Assembly: GCA_039588215.1 (NCBI GenBank)
Contig: JBDHAD010000001.1
Coordinates: forward strand, 23,060 to 87,059
Direction: 5' to 3'
Origin: Gemmatimonadota bacterium
Lineage (GTDB): Bacteria; Gemmatimonadota; Gemmatimonadetes; Palauibacterales; Palauibacteraceae
DNA: 64,000 nucleotides
The notes under the pieces are model-generated. The model worked only from the letters and a program-made list of their open reading frames with translations. It did no database searches and was not told where the DNA came from. Of this stretch, positions 9,592 to 18,687 are shown in pieces (the stretch's first letter is position 1; each line of letters starts with the position of its first letter). The translations under genes were made by a program, and so were the position numbers.

Positions 9592-12228
9592 TTAGCCGCA
9601 CTCGCTGTAGCCGCAGGCATGACACTTCGCACAGCCCTCCTCGAACGCCATGCTGCTTCGGCAATCGGGACAGGTTCCGATGAACAACCGCGCCGCCGTC
9701 TCCTCGTAACGAGAGATGATCGGGCGGCCGGCCGTTTGTGTTCCACCGTTGGACTTCTTGCCGTGCCCTACTTCCTTTATCGGGAGCGACTGCTGCACCC
9801 CCTCCTTCTCTTCCAGGTACTTCTCAACCACCTGTGCGATCGCATCCGGGCTCGAAAGCACCTTGTTGGGACCCAGTCCCACGGCGCGATCCGAGGAGAT
9901 GCCCCGCAGCTGCTTGTGAATATCACGCAGGGCGATCCCGGATCGAAGCGCGAGGCTGATCAAGCGGCCGACCGCTTCCGCATCCGCCATCGCCGGGCCA
10001 CCCGCCTTGCCCAATGCGACGAAGACCTCGAACGGGCGCGCCTGGTCGTCCTCGTTGATCGTGACGTACATGTTGCCGAGAGGCGTCTCGATCTTGCGCG
10101 TGTGCCCTCGCAGCACGTTTGGTCGCTGCCGCATCGAGGCGGGCTTCATGTGCCCACCCTCGAGCTCGGCGATTCGTAGATCTTTCTCCTCGATAGCGCT
10201 GCCCAGCTGCCGGTTCTGCTCCTCCAGCTCGCGCGTTTGATCTTCCAACTCGGCGAGCCGGGCGAGCATCGCGGCGAGATCTTCGGCCACGCTGGGATCC
10301 ACGGCGACCTCCTCGAGGCCCTCTACGAGAGTCGTAAGCTCGCCGATCGATCCGCTCGAGCCAGCGTCTCGTTGGACATCCTTCGCCGTCTTGCCGGTCG
10401 AGAGCACCTGTTCGTCCCGCGATCCATCGCGGTATACGGTCACCCCTTTGCACTTCAACTCGTAGGCCAGCTCATAGATTTCCCGGACATCCTCCTCGCT
10501 CGCCGAAAAGGGGAAGTTGCACGTCTTCGAGATCGCGGAATCCGTGTACTCCTGGAAAGCGGCCTGCATTCGAATGTGCTGCTCGGGCGTAACGTCGTGC
10601 GCCGTGACGAAGATCCTCTGCACGTCCTCCGTAACCTCGTCGAAGTGGATATGGCCCTCGTCGGCAATGCGGCTCATCAGCTCCTCGGAGTACCACCCAT
10701 CTTCCTTCGCACGGCGCACGAACTCCGGATTCACGTCCGGCATCAGGGTGCCGGCCTGGTTACGCATGAAGGCGACGGCGAACAATGGCTCGATGCCACT
10801 CGAGCACCCGGCGATGATCGAGATCGTTCCCGTCGGCGCTACGGTCGTCAGATTACAGTTCCGCAGACGGCGCATGGGACGAATCCTCTTCCCCTCCCTA
10901 TCACGCGCGCATGTCTCGTCCGGGCCCCAGATCGAGCGCTCCCATTCGGGGAACACGCCTCGCTCGACCGCCAGGCGCTCGGACTCGACTTTCGCCTCCT
11001 CGTCTACGAAGCGCATCACTTCCCGGCCGAGCTCGATCGAACGCCTCGAACCGTAGGGCTCGCGCAGTCGGACAAGCATGTCGGCCCACCCCATGATGCC
11101 CAGGCCGACCCTACGAATCCGGTGGGACAGATCGGCGATCTGCGGCAACGGATAGCGGTTCGCATCGATCACGTTGTCCAGGAAGTGCGTGGCATCGTGG
11201 ACCGCATCGCGCAGGCCATCCCAGTCGATTCGTGCATCGTCGGTCACGAAATGACCAACGTTCACCGAGCCGAGATTGCACACGTCGTAGGGCAGCAACG
11301 GCTGCTCGCCGCAGGGATTCGTCGCCTCGTACGACCCGAGGCGCGGGGCCGGGTTGTACCGGTTCGCCTCGTCGATGAAGTAGACGCCGGGTTCCCCGTT
11401 CCTCCACGCTCCGTGGATGATCTTCTGGAACACCTCGGCCGCATTCAGTCGACCAACCGACTCACCGGTCCGCGGGCTGATCAGGTCGTAGTCGTCCCCC
11501 CGCTTCTCGGCCTCCATGAAGGCTTCCGTGATGGCCACCGAGATGTTGAAGTTGGTGACCTTGTGCTTCTCCGCTTTGCAGTCGATGAAGCCCAGGATAT
11601 CGGGGTGGTCGACGCGCAGGATGCCCATGTTGGCGCCGCGCCGGGTCCCGCCCTGCTTCACGGCCTCCGTCGATGCATCGTACACTTCCATGAAGCTGAC
11701 CGGCCCACTCGCCACGCCCATGGTGGACTTCACGACATCGCCTTGAGGCCTCAGACGGCTGAACCCGAACCCGGTGCCGCCTCCGCTCTGATGGATGAGC
11801 GCCATGTCTCGGAGCGTCTCGTAGATCCCTTCGAGGCTGTCCGGCACGGGTAGAACGAAGCACGCGCTGAGCTGTCCGAGGGGCCGCCCCGCGTTCATCA
11901 GCGTGGGGCTGTTGGGCTCGAACAGACCATCCGCCATCATGTCGTAGAAGCGCACCGCCGTCGTGTGCACGTGCTCCTCGGATGCGCCGTAACGGGCATC
12001 CTCCTCGGCGATGACCCGAGCGACTCGCCAGAACAGATCCCGGGGGTCTTCTATGGGCTCCCCGCCCGCGTTCTTCTTCAGATATCTGCGCGTCAGAACA
12101 GTGTCGGCGTTTTCGGTCAGGACAGGTCCCGGCAGCTCGGCCGGTGTACCGATGACCGTGGGCGCACCCGTCTCCTCCGTCGGTCTTGCCGACGACTTCC
12201 CCATCACCGCCGCCTCAGGTCGGTTCAT
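9592..12228 (-). CDS. nrdJ: adenosylcobalamin-dependent ribonucleoside-diphosphate reductase (class II, NrdJ)
   Basis: The 878 aa product has an RNR N-terminus (LTENADTVLTRRYL), the active-site region NPCGEQPL, TVAPTGTIS, and a C-terminal Zn-ribbon CPDC...CAKCHACG typical of NrdJ. An extra coiled-coil-like segment spans aa ~625-695. The alternative ATG at 12204 (Met9) is possible. Confidence 0.93.
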   Translation of the reverse strand: MNRPEAAVMGKSSARPTEETGAPTVIGTPAELPGPVLTENADTVLTRRYLKKNAGGEPIEDPRDLFWRVARVIAEEDARYGASEEHVHTTAVRFYDMMADGLFEPNSPTLMNAGRPLGQLSACFVLPVPDSLEGIYETLRDMALIHQSGGGTGFGFSRLRPQGDVVKSTMGVASGPVSFMEVYDASTEAVKQGGTRRGANMGILRVDHPDILGFIDCKAEKHKVTNFNISVAITEAFMEAEKRGDDYDLISPRTGESVGRLNAAEVFQKIIHGAWRNGEPGVYFIDEANRYNPAPRLGSYEATNPCGEQPLLPYDVCNLGSVNVGHFVTDDARIDWDGLRDAVHDATHFLDNVIDANRYPLPQIADLSHRIRRVGLGIMGWADMLVRLREPYGSRRSIELGREVMRFVDEEAKVESERLAVERGVFPEWERSIWGPDETCARDREGKRIRPMRRLRNCNLTTVAPTGTISIIAGCSSGIEPLFAVAFMRNQAGTLMPDVNPEFVRRAKEDGWYSEELMSRIADEGHIHFDEVTEDVQRIFVTAHDVTPEQHIRMQAAFQEYTDSAISKTCNFPFSASEEDVREIYELAYELKCKGVTVYRDGSRDEQVLSTGKTAKDVQRDAGSSGSIGELTTLVEGLEEVAVDPSVAEDLAAMLARLAELEDQTRELEEQNRQLGSAIEEKDLRIAELEGGHMKPASMRQRPNVLRGHTRKIETPLGNMYVTINEDDQARPFEVFVALGKAGGPAMADAEAVGRLISLALRSGIALRDIHKQLRGISSDRAVGLGPNKVLSSPDAIAQVVEKYLEEKEGVQQSLPIKEVGHGKKSNGGTQTAGRPIISRYEETAARLFIGTCPDCRSSMAFEEGCAKCHACGYSECG

Positions 12229-12530
12229 CGCCCTTCCTCATTTGTCTCGAAGCCAGAGTAGGTGTGATCGGTCACCGCGCACAGCGACCGGGTCGCGTAC
12301 GATACCCCCGAGCCAGGACTGGGTGCGACTCCAGAAGAGTACACCGGCTTCGGCCGGGATCCGACGACCGCGCAAGTCGAATGCCGGCCTACGCCGGTGA
12401 TTTGGAGGACGGCGACACGGGGCCGCAGCCCTATCCTCATATTGGAGTTGGCCTTACGACTGGGGACCGCCGTTTATCCACAACGACGGGTTTTTTTCTA
12501 CACGTTTCCCGGGACTTCTCCACACGAAAC

Positions 12531-12578
12531 CGCAACATCTTGTGGCGGACAGATAGTAATGCCCCAACATGTTGTGGT
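12531..12578 (-). promoter_or_regulatory. nrdJ promoter with two NrdR boxes (CGCAACATCTTGTGGC at 12531..12546, CCCAACATGTTGTGGT at 12563..12578)
   Basis: On the minus strand, a TTGACC -35 (12576..12581) and a TACTAT -10 (12553..12558) are separated by 17 nt. The distal box lies in the spacer and the proximal box just downstream of the -10. Box centres are 32 bp apart. This is the classic NrdR operator arrangement. Confidence 0.65.
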
Positions 12579-12691
12579 CAAGGTTTTGGATGCACCCCGC
12601 AGCCGCAGAAGGTGCCGTAGGAGGCGATCGGACCTGGATCAGCACGGCGGAGGCGTCGGAGCTAGGGGCTAACTGATTGCGTAGCAGTTGA

Positions 12692-13228
12692 TTACGCGCG
12701 CTCGGGCCCCCTCCACCGCCCGCTTCGATGCCCTTCCTTGACCGTCTTGTAGTCCGAGACGGTGCGAAGGATCCGCTCACGCAGCTCATCGTCCACCCGA
12801 CGGACGATTCGACCGGGTACTCCGACGACCAGACTGCCGGGCGGTACACGCATCCCCTCCCGCACGAGGGCACCCGCCGCGATCACCGAACCGCCCCCGA
12901 TCACCGCATGCGAGAGGACGATCGCCCCCATCCCGATCAAACACCCTTCTTCGATGTCGCACCCGTGTATGATCGCCCGGTGCCCGATCCCCACCCGAGG
13001 ACCGATCACCGTCCCCCGACCCGGGTCCACGTGCACGACGGTCAGGTCCTGAATATTGGTCTCGGGGCCGACCGTGATCGGAGCGATATCGCCCCGAAGC
13101 ATGCAGCCGTACCAGACGCTCGCGTGCGCCTCCAGGGTCACATCTCCCACAACGGTCGCCGATGGCGCGATGTACGCAGTCGGGTGGACGGTCGGTCGGT
13201 CTCTCGTCGGGAGCTCCTCCAGGTTCAC
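12692..13228 (-). CDS. gamma-class carbonic anhydrase family protein (hexapeptide-repeat, PaaY/YrdA-like)
   Basis: TAYIAPSATVVGDVTLEAHASVWYGCMLRGD matches the gamma-CA family N-terminus. Left-handed beta-helix hexapeptide repeats are present. The GTG start at 13228 overlaps the TGA of the upstream amidase gene (GTGA). Confidence 0.8.
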   Translation of the reverse strand: MNLEELPTRDRPTVHPTAYIAPSATVVGDVTLEAHASVWYGCMLRGDIAPITVGPETNIQDLTVVHVDPGRGTVIGPRVGIGHRAIIHGCDIEEGCLIGMGAIVLSHAVIGGGSVIAAGALVREGMRVPPGSLVVGVPGRIVRRVDDELRERILRTVSDYKTVKEGHRSGRWRGPERA

Positions 13229-15339
13229 TGGTCCTCCCGCGCCCGGGATCGGAGAAAAGATTCGAGGCCCCGCAGCACGCCGCGCGCATAGCGAGCCTGG
13301 AATCCCGGCGTGCGAAGCGCGGCTTCGTGCCGGGGCATCATCATGAAGGCGCCCTCGGCGAGCACCGAAGGCATCCACGGCATCCGGGCCACCGCCAGGT
13401 CTCCCCACCGGATACCCAGGTCACGGAGTCCCATCTCGAGAAGAAGGCCCTCCTGAACCGCAAGCGCGAGGGCGCGCGCGTGGGGATGGTAGTAGTACGT
13501 GCTCGTGCCCTCTCGGCCGAACGGCCTGACGCCGTCGGGGAGCGCGTTGTTGTGGATCGATACGAACAGCTCGGCACCGGCATCGACCGCGCGGCGGGTG
13601 CGCTCGTAGAGGCCCACGGCATTCCCGTCGGTCCGGATGAGCACCGGCTCGGCTCCGGCCCCCTCGAGCATTCGCACCAGTTGACGCGCGATCGCCAGGT
13701 TCGCATCCCCTTCAAATAGCCCGGTCGGGCCGCGACTGCCCCCGCCGGGGTGCCCGGGATCGACCGCGACGCGGCGTCCGAGCAGCGGGCGCCGAGCATC
13801 GATATCGGGTGCGCGGCGAACCTCGAAGCGAAGCACGATGCCCCCGTCTTGCTCGGGGCCTCTCTCCCCGCGTGGCCCTTCGTAGGTCCGGCTTTGCCCG
13901 GACACCCACGCCGCCCGATGCCCCCACACGGACTCTCTGAGGCGCAGGGTCAGGCGATAGCGCTGCCCCGGAAGCTGCACCCACTCCATGGAGGCGATGA
14001 GCGGGTCTCCCTCCCCGTACGTGATGCGGCTCGTTTCCCCGAGAGCCCCAAAGAGAGTGAGGTGGAGCGTGTTGTCATCTGACTGGCTCACCTGGATCGG
14101 AAGCGTGGATGAGACACCGACGCGGACAGTAAGCCGGTCTGGGCCCGGCTCGACCCGCACGTCGTACACCTGCGCCGGCGACGCCGAGATCCCGTCCACC
14201 CATTGCGCGTCTTCGGCGAGGACCCACGCATCGAGATCGTCGCCGAGCCGCAGGCGAAGACGGTCTCCCAACCGCCCGCTGACCCGCGCCCGGGTCCCGT
14301 TGGGAAACCTCCAGCGGTACGGACCCGACGGCGTGGGACGTCCCACCACCACCCCGCTCAAGCCGTTGATCGGATCGGGGGCCTCCACCAGATCGACGGC
14401 AGGCAGATCATCGGGTGAAAGCCAGCCAAGGGCCAGATCTCCTTCGGCGCGGATCGTGTCCCGTCCATCCGTAGCGACCAAGCCGAGCGCGAGCGTGTCG
14501 ACCGGCAGCGTGCGGGCAACGCGGTTCGTGTCCGAGGCCAGCTCGGTGCTCGCGTGCCGGCATGCCCCTGCTGCCGAGCCCGCGTCGCACGCGGCGTTCC
14601 GAAGCTCGGCCGCGTCGACCGTAATCCCGTACCGACCAACGGGCACGCCCGCGTCCGGACGAGGTGAGAGCGGAAAGCGCACCTCCCCGGCCTCGAGCCA
14701 CACGCTGAGACCTGGCTCGCCACGGATCAGAAGCTCGACCGGTTCGCCAGGGAGCACCCAGCGCTCTCGCATCTGCTCGAAGCCCTCCGTGTCCAGCGCG
14801 GGGCGCTCGGACGCCCGCCGCGGATCGTATGGCAGCCTCACGGGAAGCTCGAGCTCGACCCGCTGCGTGTCCTGGCGGGCGGTCAACCGGTAGACGGCTG
14901 TGTCCCCACGCGTTGCCTCTGGGACGGCCAACCAGGCGAGGAACGCCCCGTTCGCGTGCACCGGAACCGGGACCTCGTCGATTTCCAGCTGCGCGTCACC
15001 GGTTCCGACGGACCCGAAGATGAAGTTGGAGTCAGCGGCGGTCAGCCGCTGACGAGCCCGCGGGTACTGGACCTGCAGATCGATCGGTCCCGTGGACGAT
15101 GGGATCGCGGGCAAGCGGGCGGACCGCGCATCCTCGGGTCCCGTCTCGAGTGCGGTACGCGCCGTATCGGCGGCTACGGGTGCCCGGGGCTCGGTCGTCG
15201 CCGGCTGGCCCCTCGCGTCGTCCGGCACCACCGTCGGCTGAGGCGGCGCCGTCCCCACGCACGCCGACGCGGCGAGCGCTATCGCGCCGATCCCCAGGCG
15301 ATATGCCACCCCGCTTCGCCGGCCGCGGATCTCCATCTT
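13225..15339 (-). CDS. lipoprotein N-acetylmuramoyl-L-alanine amidase (Amidase_3, AmiC-like) with a ~510 aa N-terminal domain of unknown function
   Basis: Signal peptide with lipobox (GIGAIALAASAC) from the ATG at 15339. The C-terminal ~190 aa carry the Amidase_3 signature (VAVDPGHPGGG...LFVSIHNNA...AEGAFMMM). The N-terminal two thirds match no family I recognise. Confidence 0.75.
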   Translation of the reverse strand, partial: KMEIRGRRSGVAYRLGIGAIALAASACVGTAPPQPTVVPDDARGQPATTEPRAPVAADTARTALETGPEDARSARLPAIPSSTGPIDLQVQYPRARQRLTAADSNFIFGSVGTGDAQLEIDEVPVPVHANGAFLAWLAVPEATRGDTAVYRLTARQDTQRVELELPVRLPYDPRRASERPALDTEGFEQMRERWVLPGEPVELLIRGEPGLSVWLEAGEVRFPLSPRPDAGVPVGRYGITVDAAELRNAACDAGSAAGACRHASTELASDTNRVARTLPVDTLALGLVATDGRDTIRAEGDLALGWLSPDDLPAVDLVEAPDPINGLSGVVVGRPTPSGPYRWRFPNGTRARVSGRLGDRLRLRLGDDLDAWVLAEDAQWVDGISASPAQVYDVRVEPGPDRLTVRVGVSSTLPIQVSQSDDNTLHLTLFGALGETSRITYGEGDPLIASMEWVQLPGQRYRLTLRLRESVWGHRAAWVSGQSRTYEGPRGERGPEQDGGIVLRFEVRRAPDIDARRPLLGRRVAVDPGHPGGGSRGPTGLFEGDANLAIARQLVRMLEGAGAEPVLIRTDGNAVGLYERTRRAVDAGAELFVSIHNNALPDGVRPFGREGTSTYYYHPHARALALAVQEGLLLEMGLRDLGIRWGDLAVARMPWMPSVLAEGAFMMMPRHEAALRTPGFQARYARGVLRGLESFLRSRAREDQ

Positions 15340-15386
15340 GGCCACCCCTCCTGCGCACCGTTGAGAGACTTCAGCGGGCCGCGCCT

Positions 15387-17117
15387 CTATGTGCTCGCCT
15401 CGATCGCGCTCCGGCGCGCGACCGCCAGGCACCCCCCACCGATCAGCGCGAGGACAAGCCATAGCGCGGCTGCCCTCCACTCATACAGCAGCCCGGCCCC
15501 GAGCGCGAACATGGCCCCGAAGAGAACCGCGGCTCCGAACGTGGCACGCGCCAGGCTTCGGCCCAGCGGCAGGGCGGACGGGTCTCCGAGTGGCCGGATC
15601 CGGCGCCACCCGGGCCCACCCGGTCGGACCCGCGAATAGAACCGCTCCAGCGTGGTGTCGCTCTCCGGACGCGTCAGGAACATGATCGGAATCCACACCG
15701 CGGCGGCCCCGAACGCAGTCACGGCGAGCCGCTCGCCAAAATCGAGCGCTCCGAAGGCCGGCAAATAGGACGCGAGCGCGATCAGGAAACCGGCCAGCAT
15801 GGCCGACAGCTCCGCCCATGCGTTCACTCGCCACCAGAACCAGCGCAGGATCAATACGGCCCCCGGTCCTGTACCGATCGCGATCATGAAGCGAAATACG
15901 GCCCCGATGTCCGTCGAGTAGAACGCGGCCAAGCCGGCGAGTGCGATGATGACTACCGAAGCCAGCCGACCCAGCATTACGAGCCGCCCCGAGGAGGCAT
16001 CCGGGTTCACGAACCGCGCGTACAGGTCGTTTACCAGATAGCTCGCGCCCCAATTGATCTGGGTCGAGACGGTGGACATGAACGCCGCCACGAAGGACGC
16101 GACCACGAGCCCCAGTAGGCCCGCCGGGAGGTATCGAAGCATGAGCAGAGGGTAGCCTATGTCCGGGTCCTGCAGGTTCGGGAATACGACCACGGCCACC
16201 AGGCCCACGAGGATCCAAGGCCAGGCCCGGACCACGTAGTGCAGGATCGCGAACAACCATGCCGCGCGCTCCGCATCCCGTTCGTTACGACACGCCGACA
16301 ACCGCTGGACGAACTCGCCCCCGCCGTCCGAACGGCGGAACGCCCACCACTGGATGCCCAGGTAGGCGAGGAAGGTGCCGAGTGGCAGATCGGGGTCCCC
16401 CCGTGGGATGATCCGCAGCGAGTCCGAGTGCCCCGCGGCCACCAGCTGCCGCTTCAGCTCCGGGATCCCACCGATGTCGGCGATCGCGAAGCCCGCAACC
16501 AGCAGGGCGCCCCCCAATGCAAGGAAGAACTGGAAGAAGTCCGTGGCCACGACTCCCCACAGCCCCGCGAGCCCGGCGTACACCAGGACGAAGATCGAGA
16601 GCGCCACGACGGCCCACAGCCGCTCGTCCCCGGGGAGCCACTCCGGGAGACCGGAGAGCAGGCCCAGCGATTCGACGACCTTCCGCATCGCAAGCATGAC
16701 GAACCCGATCGCTACGCAGTTGATCGGCACGGCGAACAGGAATGCGCGCGACGCCCGGAGGATGGCCGCCGGTCGTCCTCCGTACCGAATCTCGGTGAGC
16801 TCCACGTCGGTGACGATCTCGGCACGCCGCCAAAGCCGGGCGAACAGGTAGATGAGCAGCATGTGGGAGAGCGCGAACGACCACCATTCCCAATTCCCGG
16901 CGACCCCACGACGGGCGATGAGGGCCGAGACGTACAGCGGAGTGTCGACGCTGAATGTGGTGGCCGCCATCGAGGTGCCCGCCAGCCACCAAGGGAGGGC
17001 GCGGCCGCCGACGAAGAAGTCCACCACCCCACCAGAGGCGCGTCGGGCGAGCCACAAACCCACCACCAGCGTACAGACGAGATATGCTCCGACGATCCAC
17101 CAGTCCGCCGCGGTCAT
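15387..17117 (-). CDS. sodium:solute symporter (SSS/SSF family) transporter, candidate MurNAc/muropeptide importer
   Basis: At least 13 predicted TM segments and an SSS-family N-terminal pattern (WIVGAYLVCTLVVGLWLARR...DFFVGGRALPWWLAGTSMAATTFSVDTPL). It sits between nagZ and the amidase gene. Start and stop overlap the neighbours by 4 nt and ~48 nt. Confidence 0.8.
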   Translation of the reverse strand: MTAADWWIVGAYLVCTLVVGLWLARRASGGVVDFFVGGRALPWWLAGTSMAATTFSVDTPLYVSALIARRGVAGNWEWWSFALSHMLLIYLFARLWRRAEIVTDVELTEIRYGGRPAAILRASRAFLFAVPINCVAIGFVMLAMRKVVESLGLLSGLPEWLPGDERLWAVVALSIFVLVYAGLAGLWGVVATDFFQFFLALGGALLVAGFAIADIGGIPELKRQLVAAGHSDSLRIIPRGDPDLPLGTFLAYLGIQWWAFRRSDGGGEFVQRLSACRNERDAERAAWLFAILHYVVRAWPWILVGLVAVVVFPNLQDPDIGYPLLMLRYLPAGLLGLVVASFVAAFMSTVSTQINWGASYLVNDLYARFVNPDASSGRLVMLGRLASVVIIALAGLAAFYSTDIGAVFRFMIAIGTGPGAVLILRWFWWRVNAWAELSAMLAGFLIALASYLPAFGALDFGERLAVTAFGAAAVWIPIMFLTRPESDTTLERFYSRVRPGGPGWRRIRPLGDPSALPLGRSLARATFGAAVLFGAMFALGAGLLYEWRAAALWLVLALIGGGCLAVARRSAIEAST

Positions 17118-18673
17118 CGCGGGTGCACCGAGTCAGAGCCTCGGGATACGACCCGGTCGAGCCACCGGGCCGCGGCACGCTCCATGATCGGTTCCACGGC
17201 CCAAGCGCAGGCGCCCTCCCTGCCCAACTCCTCCAGGATCCGCGGGTGCCCGAAGACGATGGCGAACGCGAGCCGGGCTGTCTCGAGTGCTTCCCGAACC
17301 GAGGTGACGACCTCGGGACTCAACCCGCCCCGTCCCTTCCAGCCGCGAGGCGTCGCCTCCAGGAGCACGATCCGTTGGGCGGGGACCGCTCCGGTGGAAG
17401 CGGAGCGAGCGCTGTCTCGGACGGCAGACGAAGCCGGGCTCCCGCGCTCAGGACCAGGCTTCCCCGCGCCGACCAGTCGCCAACCCGCCACCTGCAGCTC
17501 ACGAGCGAACGCCGCGCCGAACTCGTTCCGCAACGTCGCTTCCTGAGCCGGTGGGTCATCGCTCGCGATCCACAGCTCCGTGTCCTGGCGTGGATCCCAT
17601 CTGCGGAGCGCATCGCTCGATCTGTCGAGGATCGTGGACGTCGCGAGATGCAGAGGTGCGTCCGCCTCGCTCGGCGGCCCGGATGTACCTCCCTGCCAAA
17701 AGCCACCGCCAGCATCGCGCACCTCGAGACGGGCCAGCAGCGCGTCACTGCGGTCGATGGACTCGCGCAGCCGCGCATCGAGCTTCGGGTCGCGCTCGGC
17801 GGCGTCCTTGAGCGCCCGGATGGCCCCTTCGACATCCTCCGGATACAGGAGAACGTCACACCCTGCGCGAATCGCCTCGACGGCGCCGATGGCGAGATTC
17901 GAACCGAATCCGCTCATGATCATCGCGTCGGTCGCCACCAAGCCCCCGAACCCCAACTGGCGGCGGAGGAGGTCGGTCACGATCGCGGGCGAGCGGGTGG
18001 CGGGACCGGCCGCACCCAGGGCGGGATACGCTACGTGTCCGGGCATCACCGAGGCCACCCGATCCGCCACGCCTCGGAACGGAGCCAGATCGTGCGCGAG
18101 CAAGGCTGCGGGGGCGTCCACGACGGGCAGCTCCATATGCGAATCGGTTCGGGTCCGTCCGTGACCCGGGAAGTGCTTCGCGCAGGCCGCTACGCCCTCC
18201 GCCTGACAGGCGTCGATCCAGGCGCGGGCCAGCGCCGTCACCTGCTCCGGATCGGAACCGAAGCTCCGCGTCGCTACGATGGGGTTGTCGGGTTCGACAT
18301 CCAGATCCAGCACGGGTGCCAGCACCCAATTCAGACCCAGACCGCGCGCTTCCCGCCCGGTGAGACCGGCGGCGAACCGGGCGGCCGAGAGGGGATCGGG
18401 GTGAGCGGCAAGCGCGGCGGGCGGGGGCAACTCGGAGCACCCGGCGAATTGCTGGCCCGCACCTCGCTCGAGGTCCGCGGCCAGCCAGATCGGGCGCCCC
18501 GCTGCGGCGCGCAACTCTCCACACAGGCGCTGAACTGCCCCGGCGTCGCCGCCGAACAGCACAAATCCCCCGACGCCCACAGCCAGCGCGGAGCGCGCCC
18601 GTTGGTCCACCTCGTCGACGGACCAACGGTCCAGCCGGAGCGCCTCGATCACGACCCGGGCCGGGTCGGTCAC
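17114..18673 (-). CDS. nagZ: beta-N-acetylhexosaminidase (GH3, NagZ-like, two-domain form)
   Basis: GH3 N-terminal domain motifs (GGFVLFG, KHFPGHGRTRTDSH with the catalytic D/H). A GTG at 18673 gives a NagZ-like N-terminus and avoids overlap with anmK. The ATG at 18742 would overlap anmK by 55 nt. Confidence 0.8.
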   Translation of the reverse strand: MTDPARVVIEALRLDRWSVDEVDQRARSALAVGVGGFVLFGGDAGAVQRLCGELRAAAGRPIWLAADLERGAGQQFAGCSELPPPAALAAHPDPLSAARFAAGLTGREARGLGLNWVLAPVLDLDVEPDNPIVATRSFGSDPEQVTALARAWIDACQAEGVAACAKHFPGHGRTRTDSHMELPVVDAPAALLAHDLAPFRGVADRVASVMPGHVAYPALGAAGPATRSPAIVTDLLRRQLGFGGLVATDAMIMSGFGSNLAIGAVEAIRAGCDVLLYPEDVEGAIRALKDAAERDPKLDARLRESIDRSDALLARLEVRDAGGGFWQGGTSGPPSEADAPLHLATSTILDRSSDALRRWDPRQDTELWIASDDPPAQEATLRNEFGAAFARELQVAGWRLVGAGKPGPERGSPASSAVRDSARSASTGAVPAQRIVLLEATPRGWKGRGGLSPEVVTSVREALETARLAFAIVFGHPRILEELGREGACAWAVEPIMERAAARWLDRVVSRGSDSVHPR

Positions 18674-18687
18674 GTGTGGCGCTTCGC

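Noticed and set aside
10237-11853. 538-aa plus-strand ORF antisense to nrdJ
   Set aside because: It lies entirely inside the well-supported nrdJ CDS on the opposite strand. Its composition is Arg/Asp/His-rich with no motifs. This is a typical high-GC shadow ORF.
12225-12440. 71-aa ORF inside the proposed nrdJ leader
   Set aside because: No RBS, atypical composition. It overlaps the nrdJ start. It is more likely untranslated leader.
12229-12530. Cobalamin riboswitch in the nrdJ leader
   Set aside because: I could not recognise a B12-box-like core, and B12 repression of a B12-dependent RNR is not the usual logic. It is left as an unexplained long leader instead.
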